Below are positions 37,801 to 53,400 of a stretch of DNA of 64,000 nucleotides, in pieces. Position numbers and translations under genes: made by a program. Under the pieces are notes generated by a model. The model was not told the DNA's origin, searched no databases, and saw only the letters and a list, made by a program, of their open reading frames with translations. How positions within the stretch are numbered: the stretch's first letter is position 1; each line of letters begins with the position of its first letter. Source of the DNA: Octopus sinensis (Eukaryota); contig NC_042998.1 in NCBI RefSeq assembly GCF_006345805.1, positions 134,788,001 through 134,852,000 of the forward strand. The letters are read 5' to 3'.

Positions 37801-40800
37801 ATTGTGTGACACCTTGGGCAAATGTTTTCTTCTATCCTATAACTTCAAGCGAACCAAGATCTTGTGAGTGGACTTGATAGGAGGAAACTGAAAGAGGCCC
37901 TCGTATATGTATATATATTTATGTGGCACGTAAAAAGCACCATCCGATCGTGGCCGTTTGCCAGCCTCGTCTGGCACCTGTGCCGGTGGCACGTAAAAAG
38001 CACCCACTACACTCACGGAGTGGTTGGCATTAGGAAGGGCATCCAACCGTAGAAACATTGCCAGATCAGACTGGGCCTGGTGCAGCCTTCTGGCTTCCCA
38101 GACCCCAGTTGAACCGTCCAAACCATGCTAGCATGGAAAGCGGACACTAAACGATGATGATGATGATGATGTATACACTGGTACTACATAAAAAGCACTC
38201 AGTCCACTCTGTGGGGTGGTTGGTGTTAAGAAGTGCATACAGCCGTAAAAAACTATGCCGAAATAGACACTGAAGCCTGGTGCAGACTTCTGCCAAGCCA
38301 GCTCCTGTCAAACACTCCAAACTATGCCAGCATGGAAAGAGGACATTAAATGATGATATATATAAATATATATATACACACACACACATATGTATGTCTA
38401 TTATATGAACATGTGAGTGTGAATGTGTATGTGTCTATGTCTCCTTGTCCTGACATCACAGTTGTAAATGATTGCTGTTGTTATACAAGTAGTATAAATC
38501 ATTTCCAATATTCTGTGACAACATGTCAGGCCATGGGGAAATACTACCTTGCATGGAAACAGGTGAGTGTTGGTGACAAGAAGGGCATCTTGTGGTAGAA
38601 AATTAGCTTCAATGAACTGCATCTAACCACGCAAGCATGGAAAAGTAGACATTGAAACAATGATGATGTAAAACATGTGTTCCTTTTAAGTAGAGATGAC
38701 AGTGGCATACATTTCAAGACAAAATTACTGGCTCCTTAAAGAATTACAGACTCCAGAACATTGCAACACAAAAGTGTTATATGAACTGTCTATGTAGATG
38801 TTATAAAATTTATGTTTGTTGTTACAGCAGTAAAAATAATATAAAATGCTTCCTTCACTTACAGCCCAGAGATGTGATGAAAATCCTAATATAGCTGCCT
38901 TGAGACCATCAGCAACATATGGCGCAACACTTTCTCCAAGGCGAGTATCTCGGTACAAAGAGCGGAGAATATTGAGGGCATGCACCTAAAGTAGAAATAG
39001 TGAAAATTAAAGAACTTCAAAGCATCAACAAATAGATGAAACACAAAATCAAACAGTAGTTAATCATTTTTTTTATTATATACTAGCACTATGACCCGGC
39101 AACATCGGGTCATAATGCTAGTGCAGGCATATACAGCTGCGTGCGTGCGCACATACACGCGAGTACTGTCCAAATCTCCGACCAATCACATACAGCTTTC
39201 AATTAGCATATCAAGTTTTGGGCATTTTGATTGGGTTTTGGATAGAAAATTCACAAAAAAGTCAATTCTATTGATTTTTTAATGGCTTTGCGGGGTGACT
39301 GGGGAAAGCTAAAGATGTGCACGAACACCCTTGGACGGTTTTGAATGACCATAGAAAGTGCGAGCCCTCTAACTGAAAAATTGTGGATTTGTATAAAGGA
39401 CACGCACGCAGACATTTTGCCATTTATATATAGAGATAAACATACACAGACATACATATATATATATGTATGCGCATGCACACACACACACGTTGTCTAA
39501 TTTCATTTACAAAATGCAATTTTTCTGAGGTTCCTAACAATCATCATGAATTAAACATGAGAACAGATTTACTAAAGAAACTGTGATGGTTTCAAACTTA
39601 GCATCATCCACTGTGTTGGTTAAAAAAAACTTGCTTCCTTCAGCATATTTGGCCAATACCAAATTCACTTTATGCCAAGCTGTATTTCATGTCCCTTCCT
39701 TCCGTCTCTACCAATTTCTTTTTTTCTGTTATGATTCCCATATATATTTATAATATTTAATCTGTAATACCTGGCAGTTCACAGTACCTGATAAGACATG
39801 TCAAGTAAAATCCCTGTCTTCCATGCCTACAGGCTTGTCATTTCAGATGCTGGTGCCACATAAAAAGTACTTGTGCTAGTGCTGTGTAAATGCACCCTTG
39901 CCAGTGACACATAAAAAGTAGCAATCACACTCAGGAAGGGCATCCAGCTGTAGAAACCCTACCACAACAGACAATTGGAGTCGGGACAGCTCCCTGCTAG
40001 CCAGCTCCATGTCAAGCCATTTGATCCATGCCAGTATGGAAAGCGAACATTAAATGATGATGATATCTTAATGAAGTGTTTTCTTTTTGTTTATAATTTT
40101 ATGTTTGCTGTAAATCGAGAGGTTTATGTGAATTAGAGGGAGTCATTTTACAACTCTGAGCATAGTAAGTAGGAAGGCAGACAAATCACAAATCTCTTCA
40201 GGTAGAAGGCCCTGCTTAATCTGTAGAAAAAGTGTAGGTAGAAGCTCCATAAGATGCAACCAGTGTAAGCTTTGAACACACAAAAGGTGCAGCAACATCA
40301 AAGGAAGGTTAACAGAGAAACTAATTTTTGTATGTGGAAGGTGCACAGACAATAAATGCTGAAAATGTGTAGAAAGACTCCATCAACTGCTAGGTGGGCA
40401 AGCTAGAGGTGGTAGATAGCTTCCGGTATCTAGGTGACCAGGTTAGTAGTGGAGGTGGATATTCTGAGAGTGTAGCTGTGAGAATAACATTGGGCTGGGA
40501 AAAGTTCAGAGAGCTCTTACCCCTGCAGGCAACAAAGGGCCTCTTTCTCAGAGTGAAAGGCAGATTGTTTGAAGCCTGTGTGTGAACAGCTATGCTGCAT
40601 GGCAGTGAAACATGAGCTATAACATCTGAGGACATGCATAGGCTTGAGAGAAACGAGGCCAGTATGCTTTGCTGGATGTGCAATGTAACTGTACATGTTC
40701 AATAGTGTAAGCATCTTGAGAGAAAAGTTAGGCATAAGAGAAATCAGATGTAGTGCGCAAGAGAAACAACTGTGCTGGTATGGTCATTTGATGCGTATGG

Positions 40801-43800
40801 ACGAGGACAGTTGTGTAAATAATGCCGATCTCTAACTGTGGAGGGAACCTGTGGTAGAGGTAGACCCAGGAAGACATGGGATGTGGTGAAGCATAATCTT
40901 TGAACTTTGAGCCTCACAGATGCAATGACTAGCGACCGAAACCTTTGGCAATATGTTTATAAATTTTATATCATCTACATAGACAGCTCCATACTGAGGT
41001 ATATTCCTTCACTGATGAATTAAGTACCACACTAAACTGACAAGCAAATTGCAAATGTTTATTTCTTATGATTTGTATATAATGCAGGAATGGTTGAGAC
41101 ACTTGCTTTTTTAGAATACACAAATATTTGTTCGTTTGTGTGTACCTTTGCCATGACATTATGTAATGGTTGTAAATGGGCATCGCCATCATACAAGTGA
41201 TGTTGTTGAATTCCAGTCTTCTGTTGAAAACATGTCAGGCCATGGGTGATATTACTTTGATTGGAAACAGTGAAGGATTGGTGACAAGAAAGGCATCTGT
41301 TTGTAGAAAATCTACATCAACAAATCCCACCAGACTTATTATGCAAGCATGGAAATCTGGAGGTTAACATGATGATAATGATGATGACGACGATGGTGGT
41401 GGTGGTGGTGGTGGTGGAAGTGTATCAGCTCCCATTCGTAAAGCAAGTTTTATATTATTTTTCTAAAGGTTTCAAGCAATTTAAATTGGTTTATATTTCA
41501 TCCAAATAAATATATTTTACATCTCTGAAATCTTTAATACAAAAGATTATTCCAAAAAGTTAAATGAGACAAAGAATTAAAAGGTAAATAAATATCTAAA
41601 AAATAGATAAACCTTGCTCTCTGTTGATTTAGAGTCAGTAGTGCTTTCATCTGTGGCTAAATCAAGCAACTTAACCATAGTCTGCTTGAAATTCACATTC
41701 CCTGTGCTGATTGGTTCTGTGGAAACAATGGCCTAAAAATATTTTAAAATTGAAATAAATCAAGATGAAAATCAGAAATAAGAAATAATTTTTGTGTCTT
41801 ATTTACAAGAGAACGTCAAACTTCAACTTAAAGTTAGATTCCTTGACTTAGTAAGATCTTTTCTGATACTTTAACAAATACCTAAATGATATCAAAGGCT
41901 GATGTCTATATTATAAAGGAAATGAACTGGTTTAGATAAGATTTTTACACCTCAAAAAAGTCTGACATTTTTTTCTAGCATAAAAATTTAAAATTCTTTC
42001 TTAATACTACAGGTATATTTATTCAGGTGAAGTCTTTAAATCCTTTAGATGATATTTCAACCAAATTATTCCATGATACAAAGATCTGTGGACTAACACA
42101 CCAATATAACATTAAAAATGATATATTCTAAAACAAAAATATGGCTGTGGGTGCAATGTGGCTGTGTAGTAAGAAGATTGCTTCCCAACCACATGGTTTT
42201 AAGTTCAGACTTACTGAAACAGCACCTTGGGCAAATATCTTCTACTATAGCCCACAAAGCTTTGTGGGTGGATTTGGTTGTGTGTGTGTTATTGTCTCCC
42301 TGCCTTGACATTACATGATTGTTGTAAATGAATGTTACCATCATGCAAGTAGTCCTCTTTGCTTCCAATGTTGTGAAAACATGACTCGCCATGGTGAAAT
42401 ATCTTGAGAACAGGTGAGGGATGTTGACAGGAAATGCATCTGTCTGAAGAAAATCTATCTCAACAAATACTGTCTGATCCATGTCAGCATTGAACAATGG
42501 ACATGAAATGATGATGATGAAATGAAGGACAAGGCAAATATTTTATAAAGCTTTTCATTTTTTATTCAGTTTACACTTAAAACATCAACTGAATAAAAAG
42601 TCACAGTCAGAAATTTTACATGAAGTCTTTTACATTTATTTGAAACATTTAAACTTTAAGGCTCCAACAAAAAATATTGTATTTTCTTGAGTTATCTTGC
42701 AATAATATATAAAATATGCAGAGCTGGACCATTCTAAGTAGGTAACATGTTTGACTACCCTTTGATTGGACAGGATCTGTTACAGTGATTAAATTGTGTC
42801 TGTACAGAAAAAAACATCAAAACATTATCTGTCCACCAAGCAGTCGGAGCTTTTGAAAATGTTACCTGCAATAGATTGGTATCTTACTGAGTTGACTCAT
42901 TTCTCATTAATGAATCTAGGAGTTAAAATTGGTGATAAAAATCACATACTGAAGATTCTATAGAGTACTGGAAGTTCCCACCACCACTCATTACTGTAAG
43001 AGAAGAAGCAGTCAAAGAATCAACAGAGAAACAATGATTCTTAAGAAATTTTATTCACCACATTTTCTATGACTTATCTTGAAGGAATAATTTTTAGACA
43101 AAGGATCCCAATCTAAATTTAAAATATGGAATTATTTGAATTCAAGTAAAAACACAAGGGCTATATTGAATAAAGATCATAGGAACTGGGTTTTAGAGGT
43201 TAGTATTAATACTATAAATGTACTTGTTTTTAACATAAGGATACACAGTTTTTCTAAGTATAAAAAGAGAAAAATCATGAAGGTATATGCTGCATATACT
43301 GCACCAATTTAATGATTTCTCTAAGCTGATAGTTTCCTAACAACACCACATGAGGTGATTGAGTATAGTTTCAAGTTGTGAAACTATCTATATTTAGCAA
43401 TAAAAAAATGTTTTCAATTTTAAAAACAGGTAGTTGTTATAATTGTATTCAATAAATTTATTTCTTTAAAAATACATTGCTCTGCAAGCATGTAGTGTAT
43501 GATAGACATTCAAAGCATCTCTTTGAGACAGTAAAGAACAACAGGTCAACTGAAAGGACATGAACCATGCATCTGTCAGTTGGCAGATGTTCTTTTTTAT
43601 TGATTACGTTATAACATCTTAAGAGTTTTGAACTAATGTATAATCTAAATTATGACTTAACTACTAACTGAATATCCTCAAAAATATCAAGAGGTTTATA
43701 AAATCAATATTTGACTTTAAATGCAACGTGAGATAAATCTCTTCTCTGGATAGGACACCAGCCTGTTGTTAATGATTTTTATTCAGTTTTATATTTAAGA

Positions 43801-46800
43801 GATGAGAAATTATGTACATTATTTACATTTGATGGATATTTGTCTTCATCTTGTTTGCTGTTAACACAACGTTTCAGCTGATATACCTTCCAGCCTTCAT
43901 CAGGTGTCTTGAGGAAATTTCGAAACTGGGCTCCCATTCCTTAGGTATTTTTCAATGTTGTTGTTATCATTATTATTAATATTATTAACAACAACAACAA
44001 CATTGAAAAATACCAAAGGACTAAGAGCCCAGTTTCGAAATTTCCCCAAGACACCTGATGAAGGCTGGAAGGTATAACAGCTGAGATGTGTTGACAACAA
44101 ACAAGATGAGGACAAATATTCGTCAAATGTAAATAATGCAAATGTTTTTATTGTTGTTCAATCCCAAATCAAACTTGATTATGGAAAAATTTTGATCAAA
44201 GGCATTCCAACTATAACCATCCTATATTTGTTGGGGTATCTAGCACTAGATTATCTAATTTGTACTTTTTTTTTGTTTTCATTAAGACAATGGGATTTGA
44301 TCTAAAGTAGATTTTGTTGCTATTTCTAGCATGTCAAGCTTCAACAGAGAGGCTTCTTCATTATAATTAGGTGAATTGTGTCATGTAGAACTGTCTTGCT
44401 TAGGGACATAAAATAACCAACAGATTTGAACTCAAGAAACATGGATTGATAGACCAATGTCTAATCCACTCGACCATTATAGTACCTGTATATAAAATGG
44501 GATTCCTGCACTTCTTCTAGTGGCACAAAACTTGGAGGAAGAATTTTGGCAACTGATAGCATCCATAATATTATCTAACCACTGACAGGGCAATGTATGA
44601 ACAGATGGAATGGAACTTCTACAGAGATGGAAGACAATTAGAAATTATATTAGTTTTAAACAATTTAGTAACAAGAAAACACACATACAAAACAGATATG
44701 CCACACATAAATACATTCACTTCCAGAACAAACACAAACAAAACATGTACATACACAAATATTACATACATTCATATACACAAAGAAACAACATGAACAC
44801 ATAATACACACAGGCCAAACATAATCATTCTGACATGCATAACGCCAAACACATAAACACCAGACACACAGTCCTTCATTTATGTACAGTTATTTATATA
44901 TAAGAAGTGATAAGCTTCTAAAGCTATTTAATATTTAATAGTTCTTATGTCATTTGTAGACATTCTTTTTTTTATATAACATTTACATATCTAGTTACTC
45001 TTTATAGTTGGACAGATCTATAAATTAATGAACCAACCAGAACATCCTGGGATCAACTAATCCTACACTGTCCCAGAGTAGATCGCTGCTTGAAGCTGTT
45101 TTATTCAAACTTAGTGTTAATACTCTTGAAAGGCAATGAATTGCTACAAAATCCTTACTTTAGCTTCCCTAAACATATGGGAATACATCTAACAAAACTC
45201 ATTTATTGCACCGTGGAATCTTTTCCCCAGAATGAAGGACAGGACAATATAATATAGAGAACCAACTATTGCCCTTGTAATGAGTGTCTTAGGTAATGAG
45301 GCTGTCACAAGCCCACAGGCCATAGTTTATCCAGTTTCTGTGGTAGATAAGCAACCAAGGGTAAAATATTCATCACTGAAAAAGGTTTCTAGTCCGTCGA
45401 AGGGTTAACACACATCTGTTGCTGGTTTTCATTTTCAGTTGAATGAACCAGAACAATGTGAAATGAAGTATTTTGTTGAAGTACACAACATGCCATTGGG
45501 TCTGGAAACCAAAACCACACCCTTACGATCGTGTGTCTAATACCTTAGCCACTAGAGCATGGACCTTCATTTTCCCTAATGTACTAAAGAGAAATCATGA
45601 AATGGGGCCGACATTGTCACTCAGTTTACTTCCTAAAGAACCAGTCCAGATCAAATGTCAAAACGAATTAATGGAAAAGGAAGTATCATAAGTATAGGAG
45701 CCATCTTATCATGGCTAACCACATTGGGATCATAGTCAGTCCGATACCAATCAATGGAATTACTTCCCTTATAACCATTGTATCTGAACAAGTTGTCTCC
45801 CTTCCAGTGAAGTAACAGTGAATTATGTCCCCTATCTGTAACCCAATGAAAATTGCTAATTACAAATTGTCTGTGCATTAAATGTAATAAAAGTTAACAT
45901 GAAATATTTTGCACATTACAAACCTCCATAACATGTCACACATTTTTACAAAGCCGGCATATGCAAGTTCAAATGCTCCTCTGTGTTTTGATTCTAACAG
46001 TTGTGTTGTGAAATAATCCCCAATGGATATTACCTGTTGATAATATAAAATAAAATATTAAACGTCATCATAACCGTTTTAATGCTCATTTTTTTCATGC
46101 TTGTATGAGTCGGACAGAGTTTATTGAGGTAGATTTTCAACTATAAAGTGTCCTTCCTGTCGCCAACCCTCACTTGTTTTCAAGCAAGGTAATATTTTCC
46201 CATGGCCAGACATGCTTTTACAGAATGTTGGAAATGAATGACACTACTTGTGTGACAATGACACAATTACCACTGTGTCAAGACAAGAACACACACACAC
46301 AATGGGTTTCTTTCAGTTTCTACCTGCAAAACACACTCATAAGGCTTTGACCAGTCTGAAGCTATATTAGAAGACACTTGCCCAAGGTGTCACACAGTGG
46401 AACTGAACTTGAAACCACATGGTTAAGTAGCAAACTTCTTAACACCTTGTAAATAGAATAGACCGAAACTGTATAAGGAACCCTTCCGCACACACGTGTG
46501 TGTGCTTATATATATATGACGAAAGACTGAGACCTCTGGAGATGTGCTGTGACTTTGAAGACCCGACAAATGAAGTGAGTTCATGGCTCACAGGACAGTT
46601 TGCTGTGCTAACCTTGGATCGAAGAGTGACTTGCTGTTCATGAGGGTTCGAAGACCCAACAAATGAAGTGAGTTCATGCTCGCAGGACAGCCTTGGATCG
46701 TTGAGTGACCCGCTGTTCTTGAGGAGACCTGTTGAGTCAAGTTCATCAATGTCAAAAATTCGAATGGTAATTGTAGTTAAGACACCAGTGCTGGTGACAA

Positions 46801-47445
46801 GTAAAAGCACCAACCGATTGTGGCTGTTTGCCAGCCTGTGCTGACTCCTGTGCCGGCGGCATGTAAAAAACACCCACTACACTCATGGAGTGGTTGGCGT
46901 TAGGAAGGGCATCCAGCTGTAGAAACACTGTCAAATCAGACTGGAGCCTGGTGCAGCCTCCATGGCTTACCAGACCCCAATCGAACTGTTCAACCTATCT
47001 AGCATGGAAAACCGACGTTAAATGATGATGATGATATATATATATATATATAATACAGAAACAACACAAATTCCCTATGTAAGCAATACAAGATATATAT
47101 TCTTCATACAATGCAAAGAGGTATGATTTAATTGTTGTTTGGTGAAATGCCATTCTAATATAGTTAACATATAATGCACAACTTTTCAAACAGAATCATT
47201 TATATGCAATGTGGTTAAAAACGGAGTAATATGGAAGCAGTTTTAATGAATATAAAAACTGTGCTACATTCATTCTACATTTTCTTACAGTGAAATGATT
47301 GGTGTTAGGAAGGGCATCCAGCTGTGGAAACCATGCCAAAGCAGACACAGAACCTGGTGGAACACTCAGGGCCATTTGCTCTTGTCAAACCATCCATGCC
47401 AACACAGAAAAAGGATGCTAAATGATGATGATTATACATATACAT

Positions 47446-47485
<40 letters not shown>

Positions 47486-50400
47486 GAAAGAGAGAGTGGG
47501 GGAGAATGGATGGATGGATATATTAAGTTCTTTTGAAACTGAAAGTTTGTCTAATGGCTGAGGTTTCATGCCACTGTGATATTCAGGAATATACATATAA
47601 GTGTGAAGGTGCATGACTTAGTGGTTAGGATATTTGGCTCATGATCATACGGTCGTGAGTTCAATTCCTGGCAATTCTTTGTCCTTGAACAAGACACTAT
47701 TTCACGGTATTCCAGTCCACTCAGCTGGCAAAAGTGAGTAGTACTTGTATTTCAAAGGACCAACCTTGTCTCATTCTGTGTCACACTGAATCTCCCTGAA
47801 AATTGCGTTAAGATTACACATGTCCGTGAAGTACTCAGCCACTTGCATGTTAATTTCATGAGCAGGCTGTTCCGTTGATCGAATCAGCTGAGACCCTTGT
47901 CATTATAACTGACAGAGTGTTCCTACATATATATGTATGTATGTATGCATGCAGGCATATATATTTGGAAGTGCTTGAGAATGCTTATATTCTGCATCTT
48001 CATACGAAAGCATTTAGCTAAAAACGGTAATGTTTATTAACATTCTCTGTTAACAAATTGTTCTTGAGGTAAGGGTGAGCAACTTATAAAAAGAGAGCTT
48101 CCAGCAGTAAAACAATACCCTGATAATATCAGTCCAACTCATGTTAGCATTTAAAAATGGATATAAAACTTATTCTGACGATTTGTAATGCACCTGACCA
48201 CTGTGTATAATAAGCTCATAATTATTATTAAAAAAATGAAACCATGATTCATTAGGTACCTTGCACTGACTTGCAGTTCACTCCAGTAATATCAAATAAA
48301 TTATTTTAGGTTTAGGCTCAAAATAACCACTTTGACTTTTATGCTTAGAATTTTATAGGCTACTAAGACAAATAATAAATGTATAAATATCAAAAGGCTA
48401 CTTGTCTGGATAGATAGCTTATTAGAACTATACATTTATCAAAAAACGTTAAAAGAGGAGATAGACATATAATTTAAGCAAGGAAAGACAGCAATGAAAG
48501 CCAAGGCACATGCACAATACATGCAAAATACAAAAGACAGAAATGTGAACTGTAAAAGAGCCAGAAAGAGGAAAGGGTGCATGGGCACATCAGTAGTATT
48601 GTTGGAGAAATTTCAGCTAACAGCTAACAACAGACACAGGTACTTTATTCTATGCTTCGACAATTCTCAGTGTGGAAAAATGTTTCTGATTATCATGACT
48701 GCTGCATCGCTTTTTGATTTTATAAACCTTATATATTATTATTGATTCCATCCTTTTCTTTAGGGTCCAATTACAGAAAACAGCAGAAACTTATATAATA
48801 TAGAAGAAGCAATAGTAGAATCTAAAGTAAAGTTGGTCAACATTTTTTTTTAAGATAGCAAGTGAAAAGTGAAAGCAAAGTTTGATGATGTGGAAATTAT
48901 TTAACCAACCTGATTCACTGTGATTAGATCTGGTTTATCATTGAGATTAACGTCTCCATCTCCTACTGAAATATCTTGACAAATTTGTCCCAATAACAAT
49001 GACACTTCTTTGATACTCCTCCAACAACACACAACCAAATACTCTGGCATCAGCGTAACTAATTCATTGCTCTGAGAAATTGCATTCTGAAGGGCCTCTT
49101 GGTCTCCTTGACACCCAACAAGAGCGCCAACATTTAACCCAGGACCTGCAATAAAAGTATAATATCTACAGAAAGGAAGCATTGTCATCAACCATGTAGT
49201 GAAAAGTAAATATAAAATTCAAACATTAGCAACAGTCTCAGGATAACTATGGTTATAATGGTGTGTTAACATTAGCAACAGTTCCTGATTAACAATAAAT
49301 TTTATGTTGAGTTAAAATTAGCAATAGTTTCAGATTGACAGTGAGTTTAATGTAATAGTATTAGCAACAATTTCAGATCAACTATGGCTATTATATTGAG
49401 TAAACATAAGCAAGTATCATAGAAATGAATATATTAACATTTAATGATGACAAAACTCAAATTTTGTTTAGTTCTCACTTTAGTGCCTTATTTTTAGGTA
49501 TTACAAACACTCAAATGTACTTACACTCCAGCAAGAAACACCACATATTTAACCCTTTCACGTTTAACCCTGCTATACCGAAGTTGTATGCATTTGAGTG
49601 TTAATACATGCAGCTTCCAAATTTACAGGTACTAGTGTTCATATTTTCATAAATCTACTTCGAGTGAAGGCTTACTATGCCACTCATCAGTGAGCCCTGG
49701 TGAGTGACATACGAGAAGAAGTCTCTATCTATTTGAAGCAACCATAAGGTATCTAACTGCATACTGTTCTTGTCTAACGTGAGTGAAGTGCAATATTTTT
49801 TCTTGATTATGTCTAAAGATTATTTCTCTGTGCTGTTAAAGGAGACAAGATTGGCATAACCTAATTGGATGTTAGAAGAGAATTAAAAAAAAAAAAAACA
49901 GTGGCAGCCAGCATTAGCAAAAGTCACTTATCCTTAGGAAGAGATGCAATGCTCATGGTTTTCAACAAAGTCTAATCATATAGATAATGTTGAATTCAAA
50001 CTTTGGCACAAGGCCAGCATGTTTGGGAGAGGAGATAAGTCAATTACAGTGACTCCAGTACTCAAGTGGTACTTGTTTTATTGATCCTGAAAAGATGAAA
50101 AGCAAAGTTGACTTCAGCAGAATTTGAACTCAGGATGTGAAGATGGACAAAATACCACTAGACATTTCAACTGGCATGCTAATAATTCTGCAAGATCACT
50201 GCCTAAAATATATAGACATTAACATATTGTAATGTTAGGGAGGATATGACATTAGGAAGGGTGTCCCTCCTGACAACTTAATGATCTTCCTATAAGGAAG
50301 TTTTTATAATAACATTTTGTTTCACTGAATTGCACACCAAATTAGAGATACCAACAATTATATTAGTGATTAGCTGTCGAGGATTAGTGGTCAGTTTGTA

Positions 50401-53400
50401 GAGATCCTTATGCAACCAAATAAAGTTTTAGATGCTCACTCTTTTTCACCAGTTTATTGGACCAGTTATGAAGAAATATCTCTTTGCTATGCACTTGTTA
50501 TGTAAGTGTGGATCTCAAAGCTTTCGTTTACCATTTTAGCTCTACAAAACTCAGCAAGAACAAGTTGTTCACTCTCTCTTTCTTTGATAACTCTCAACCA
50601 GAGCTGAGCAGTAAACTGATGGAATTGGTCACATTCTGTTCATTTCAATTAATAGAATACAAGACACATTTCAGCTGAATTCCAACAGATTATCAACTAT
50701 ATATGTTGATTTCCTTTATTTTATCTCAGCAATACTTTCTATTCACACTTCATCTGTAACACAAAGAGCTTCATACCAAGAATATTACTGCTACACCACA
50801 TTTACCTGAAACTGGCTTATGAATCTTGTAATTAAAAATTACTACTATTCTCTGTGTGTATTGTCATAAACTATTTGGAAGTGAAGACCTGTTGTATAAT
50901 CACACTGAATTAAATTACCACTTTGGCTGGTAGATGTCTAGTCTTCTGGTGGAACATAGAAAATAAAGACAATTATTATCATCATCATCATTTAGCATCC
51001 ACTTTCCATGCTAGCGTGGGTTGGACGGTTCAACTGGGGTCTGGGAAGCCAGAAGGCTGCACCAGGCCCAGTCTGATCTGGCAATGTTTCTACAGCTGGA
51101 TGCCCTTCCCAACGCCAACCACTCTGTGAGTGTAGTGGGTGCTTTTTATGTGCCAGACGGGGCTGGCAAACGGCCACGGATGGTGCTTTTTACGTGCCAC
51201 ATACTCTATAGGTGTTGTCACTGTACATGATACTTTCTGCAAGCCACAAGCAAAAATAAAAAAAATAACATGCTTTTTTTTTCTTTGGTTCAAAAAATCC
51301 AATAGCTTACCCATTATAGCATCTTCTGGAATGTTCCCTTCCGGTGAAGAGTTATGTACAACTGGAGATACTATAGTAGACACCTCAAGACAAACATTAA
51401 CAATTATATCGAAGATATTTCTCCAACATTCGGTAGCATCTTCCATTTGACTGTCAAAGATAAATCATATAAGTTTATGAAAGATATATTTACAGTAAAC
51501 AGTAAAGGATAATTTATCAAAAAACAGATGCATAAGTTTTGTTGTAATAACGGAAGATCAAGATTAAGAATTCATTGGTTGAATACATTTAAATATATAA
51601 TTTTATATCTAGTTGGAGCTCATTGAAGACCTTGTAATCGTCTTGTATTAATCATCATCATTGTTTTAATGTCCACTTTTCCATACTTGCATGAGTCAGA
51701 CTAAACTTGTTAAAGAAGAATTTCTATAGCCAGATGCCCTTCCAGTAACCAACACCCATCTGTTTCCAAGCATGGTCATATCTCTCCATGGCCTGATATA
51801 TGTTTCATGGAAGACTAGGAACAAACAAAATCACTTGTGTAATAGTGACACTTGTTTACAACCATCATGTGATGACAAATATGGGTGCAAATGGTTGACA
51901 GTTGACATAAGGAAACTATGCAAAATCTGTCAACAGAGTTTAATGCAGCCCTATGGATCAATGGACCCTGTTAAACCATCCAACTCATACTAGCATGGAA
52001 ATTTGACATTAAACAATGACAATTATAATAATAATGATGGTGATGATGATAATGATATGTGTTTGCTTCTCAAAATATTTCCAGTCACCTTATACTTGCC
52101 TTCCTCCTAAATTAACATTACATATCCTCACATGAAATTCCCTACAAAGGTTAGTCACATAATATCTAATGCAATGCTGTATATGGACAAACAATTTATA
52201 ATAGAATAACAAATAACAAGCTTCTTACCTTTGATCCAAACTGGTAAGGATGTAACGTATGCAATGAATTGTGGGATACAAAGGGCGGCTAGCAGCTGCA
52301 TGCACTAAAGAATCATGGGCAACTTGTATTTGGTCCTTAAGTAATACAATAAGTAACCAAACAATACGGAGATAGTTTTTCGTTTTAAATTTATTGTTAA
52401 AGATCACTTGTTCCAGCTGATCCATTTCAGCTGACATCGTAGTTAACAACTGGAGTTGATAATCATCAAGTACTGGACCTATGCTCTCTTGGCAGAGCAG
52501 AAGATGCAAGAGGTAGGCTGCAGTTGAACAATCCTGAGGTTTAGTGCTGGTACAAAGAGTCATGGCTATGGAAAGCAGTTCTTTCTGATATGAGATATTC
52601 TGGAGTGGGAAAGAAAAAAATGAAAAAGAATTAAGACAAAGATGGAAAAAAGAATTGTTTTGAAGACAGACACAAGCATAGTTGTTTGGTTAAGAAGCTT
52701 GTTTCAGGTTGAGTCCCACTACACAGTAGCACCTTAGGCAAGTGACGTCTACTACAGCCTATAGCCCCAGGTTAACCAATGCTCTATGAGTGAATTTAGG
52801 AGGCAAAAATATTATCAAAGCCTATTATATTCTTTTATTCCTTTACCTGTTTCAGTCGTTTGACTGCAGCCATGCTGGAGCACCACCTTGAAGGATCTAG
52901 TAAAATGAATCGACCCCAGGACTTATTTTTTTTAAAGCCTAGTACTTATTCTATCGGACTCTTTGCTGAACTGCTAAGTTACAGGAACACAAACACACCA
53001 ACTCTGGTTGCTAAGCAGTGATGGCGGTGGGGGTACAAACACAGTCACAAAGACACACACACATACATACATACAATGAGCTTCTTTCAGTTTCTGTCCA
53101 CCAAATCCACTCACCAGGCTTTGGTCAGCCTGAGGGTAGAAGACATTTGCCCTAGGTGCCACGCAGTGGGATTGAAGGTAGAATAATGTGGTTGGGAAGC
53201 AAGCTTCTTACCACACAACCATGCCTATGTGTGTGTATCTATGTGTTTGTGAACCCTACCTATTGCTTGACAACCGGTGTTGGTTTGTTTATGTCCTCAA
53301 AACTAGCATATGATGTCAAGACAAGTACATACGCAGCCAAAGCAGGCTTTTATTTTCAATTTATGTCTACCAAATTCCCTCACAAGGATTTGTTAACCCT

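Noticed and set aside
45651-45878. 75-aa minus-strand ORF (…[22 protein letters not shown]…) in unique intronic sequence
   Set aside because: No recognisable family, and its phase and position are not needed for THADA; probably chance or an old TE.
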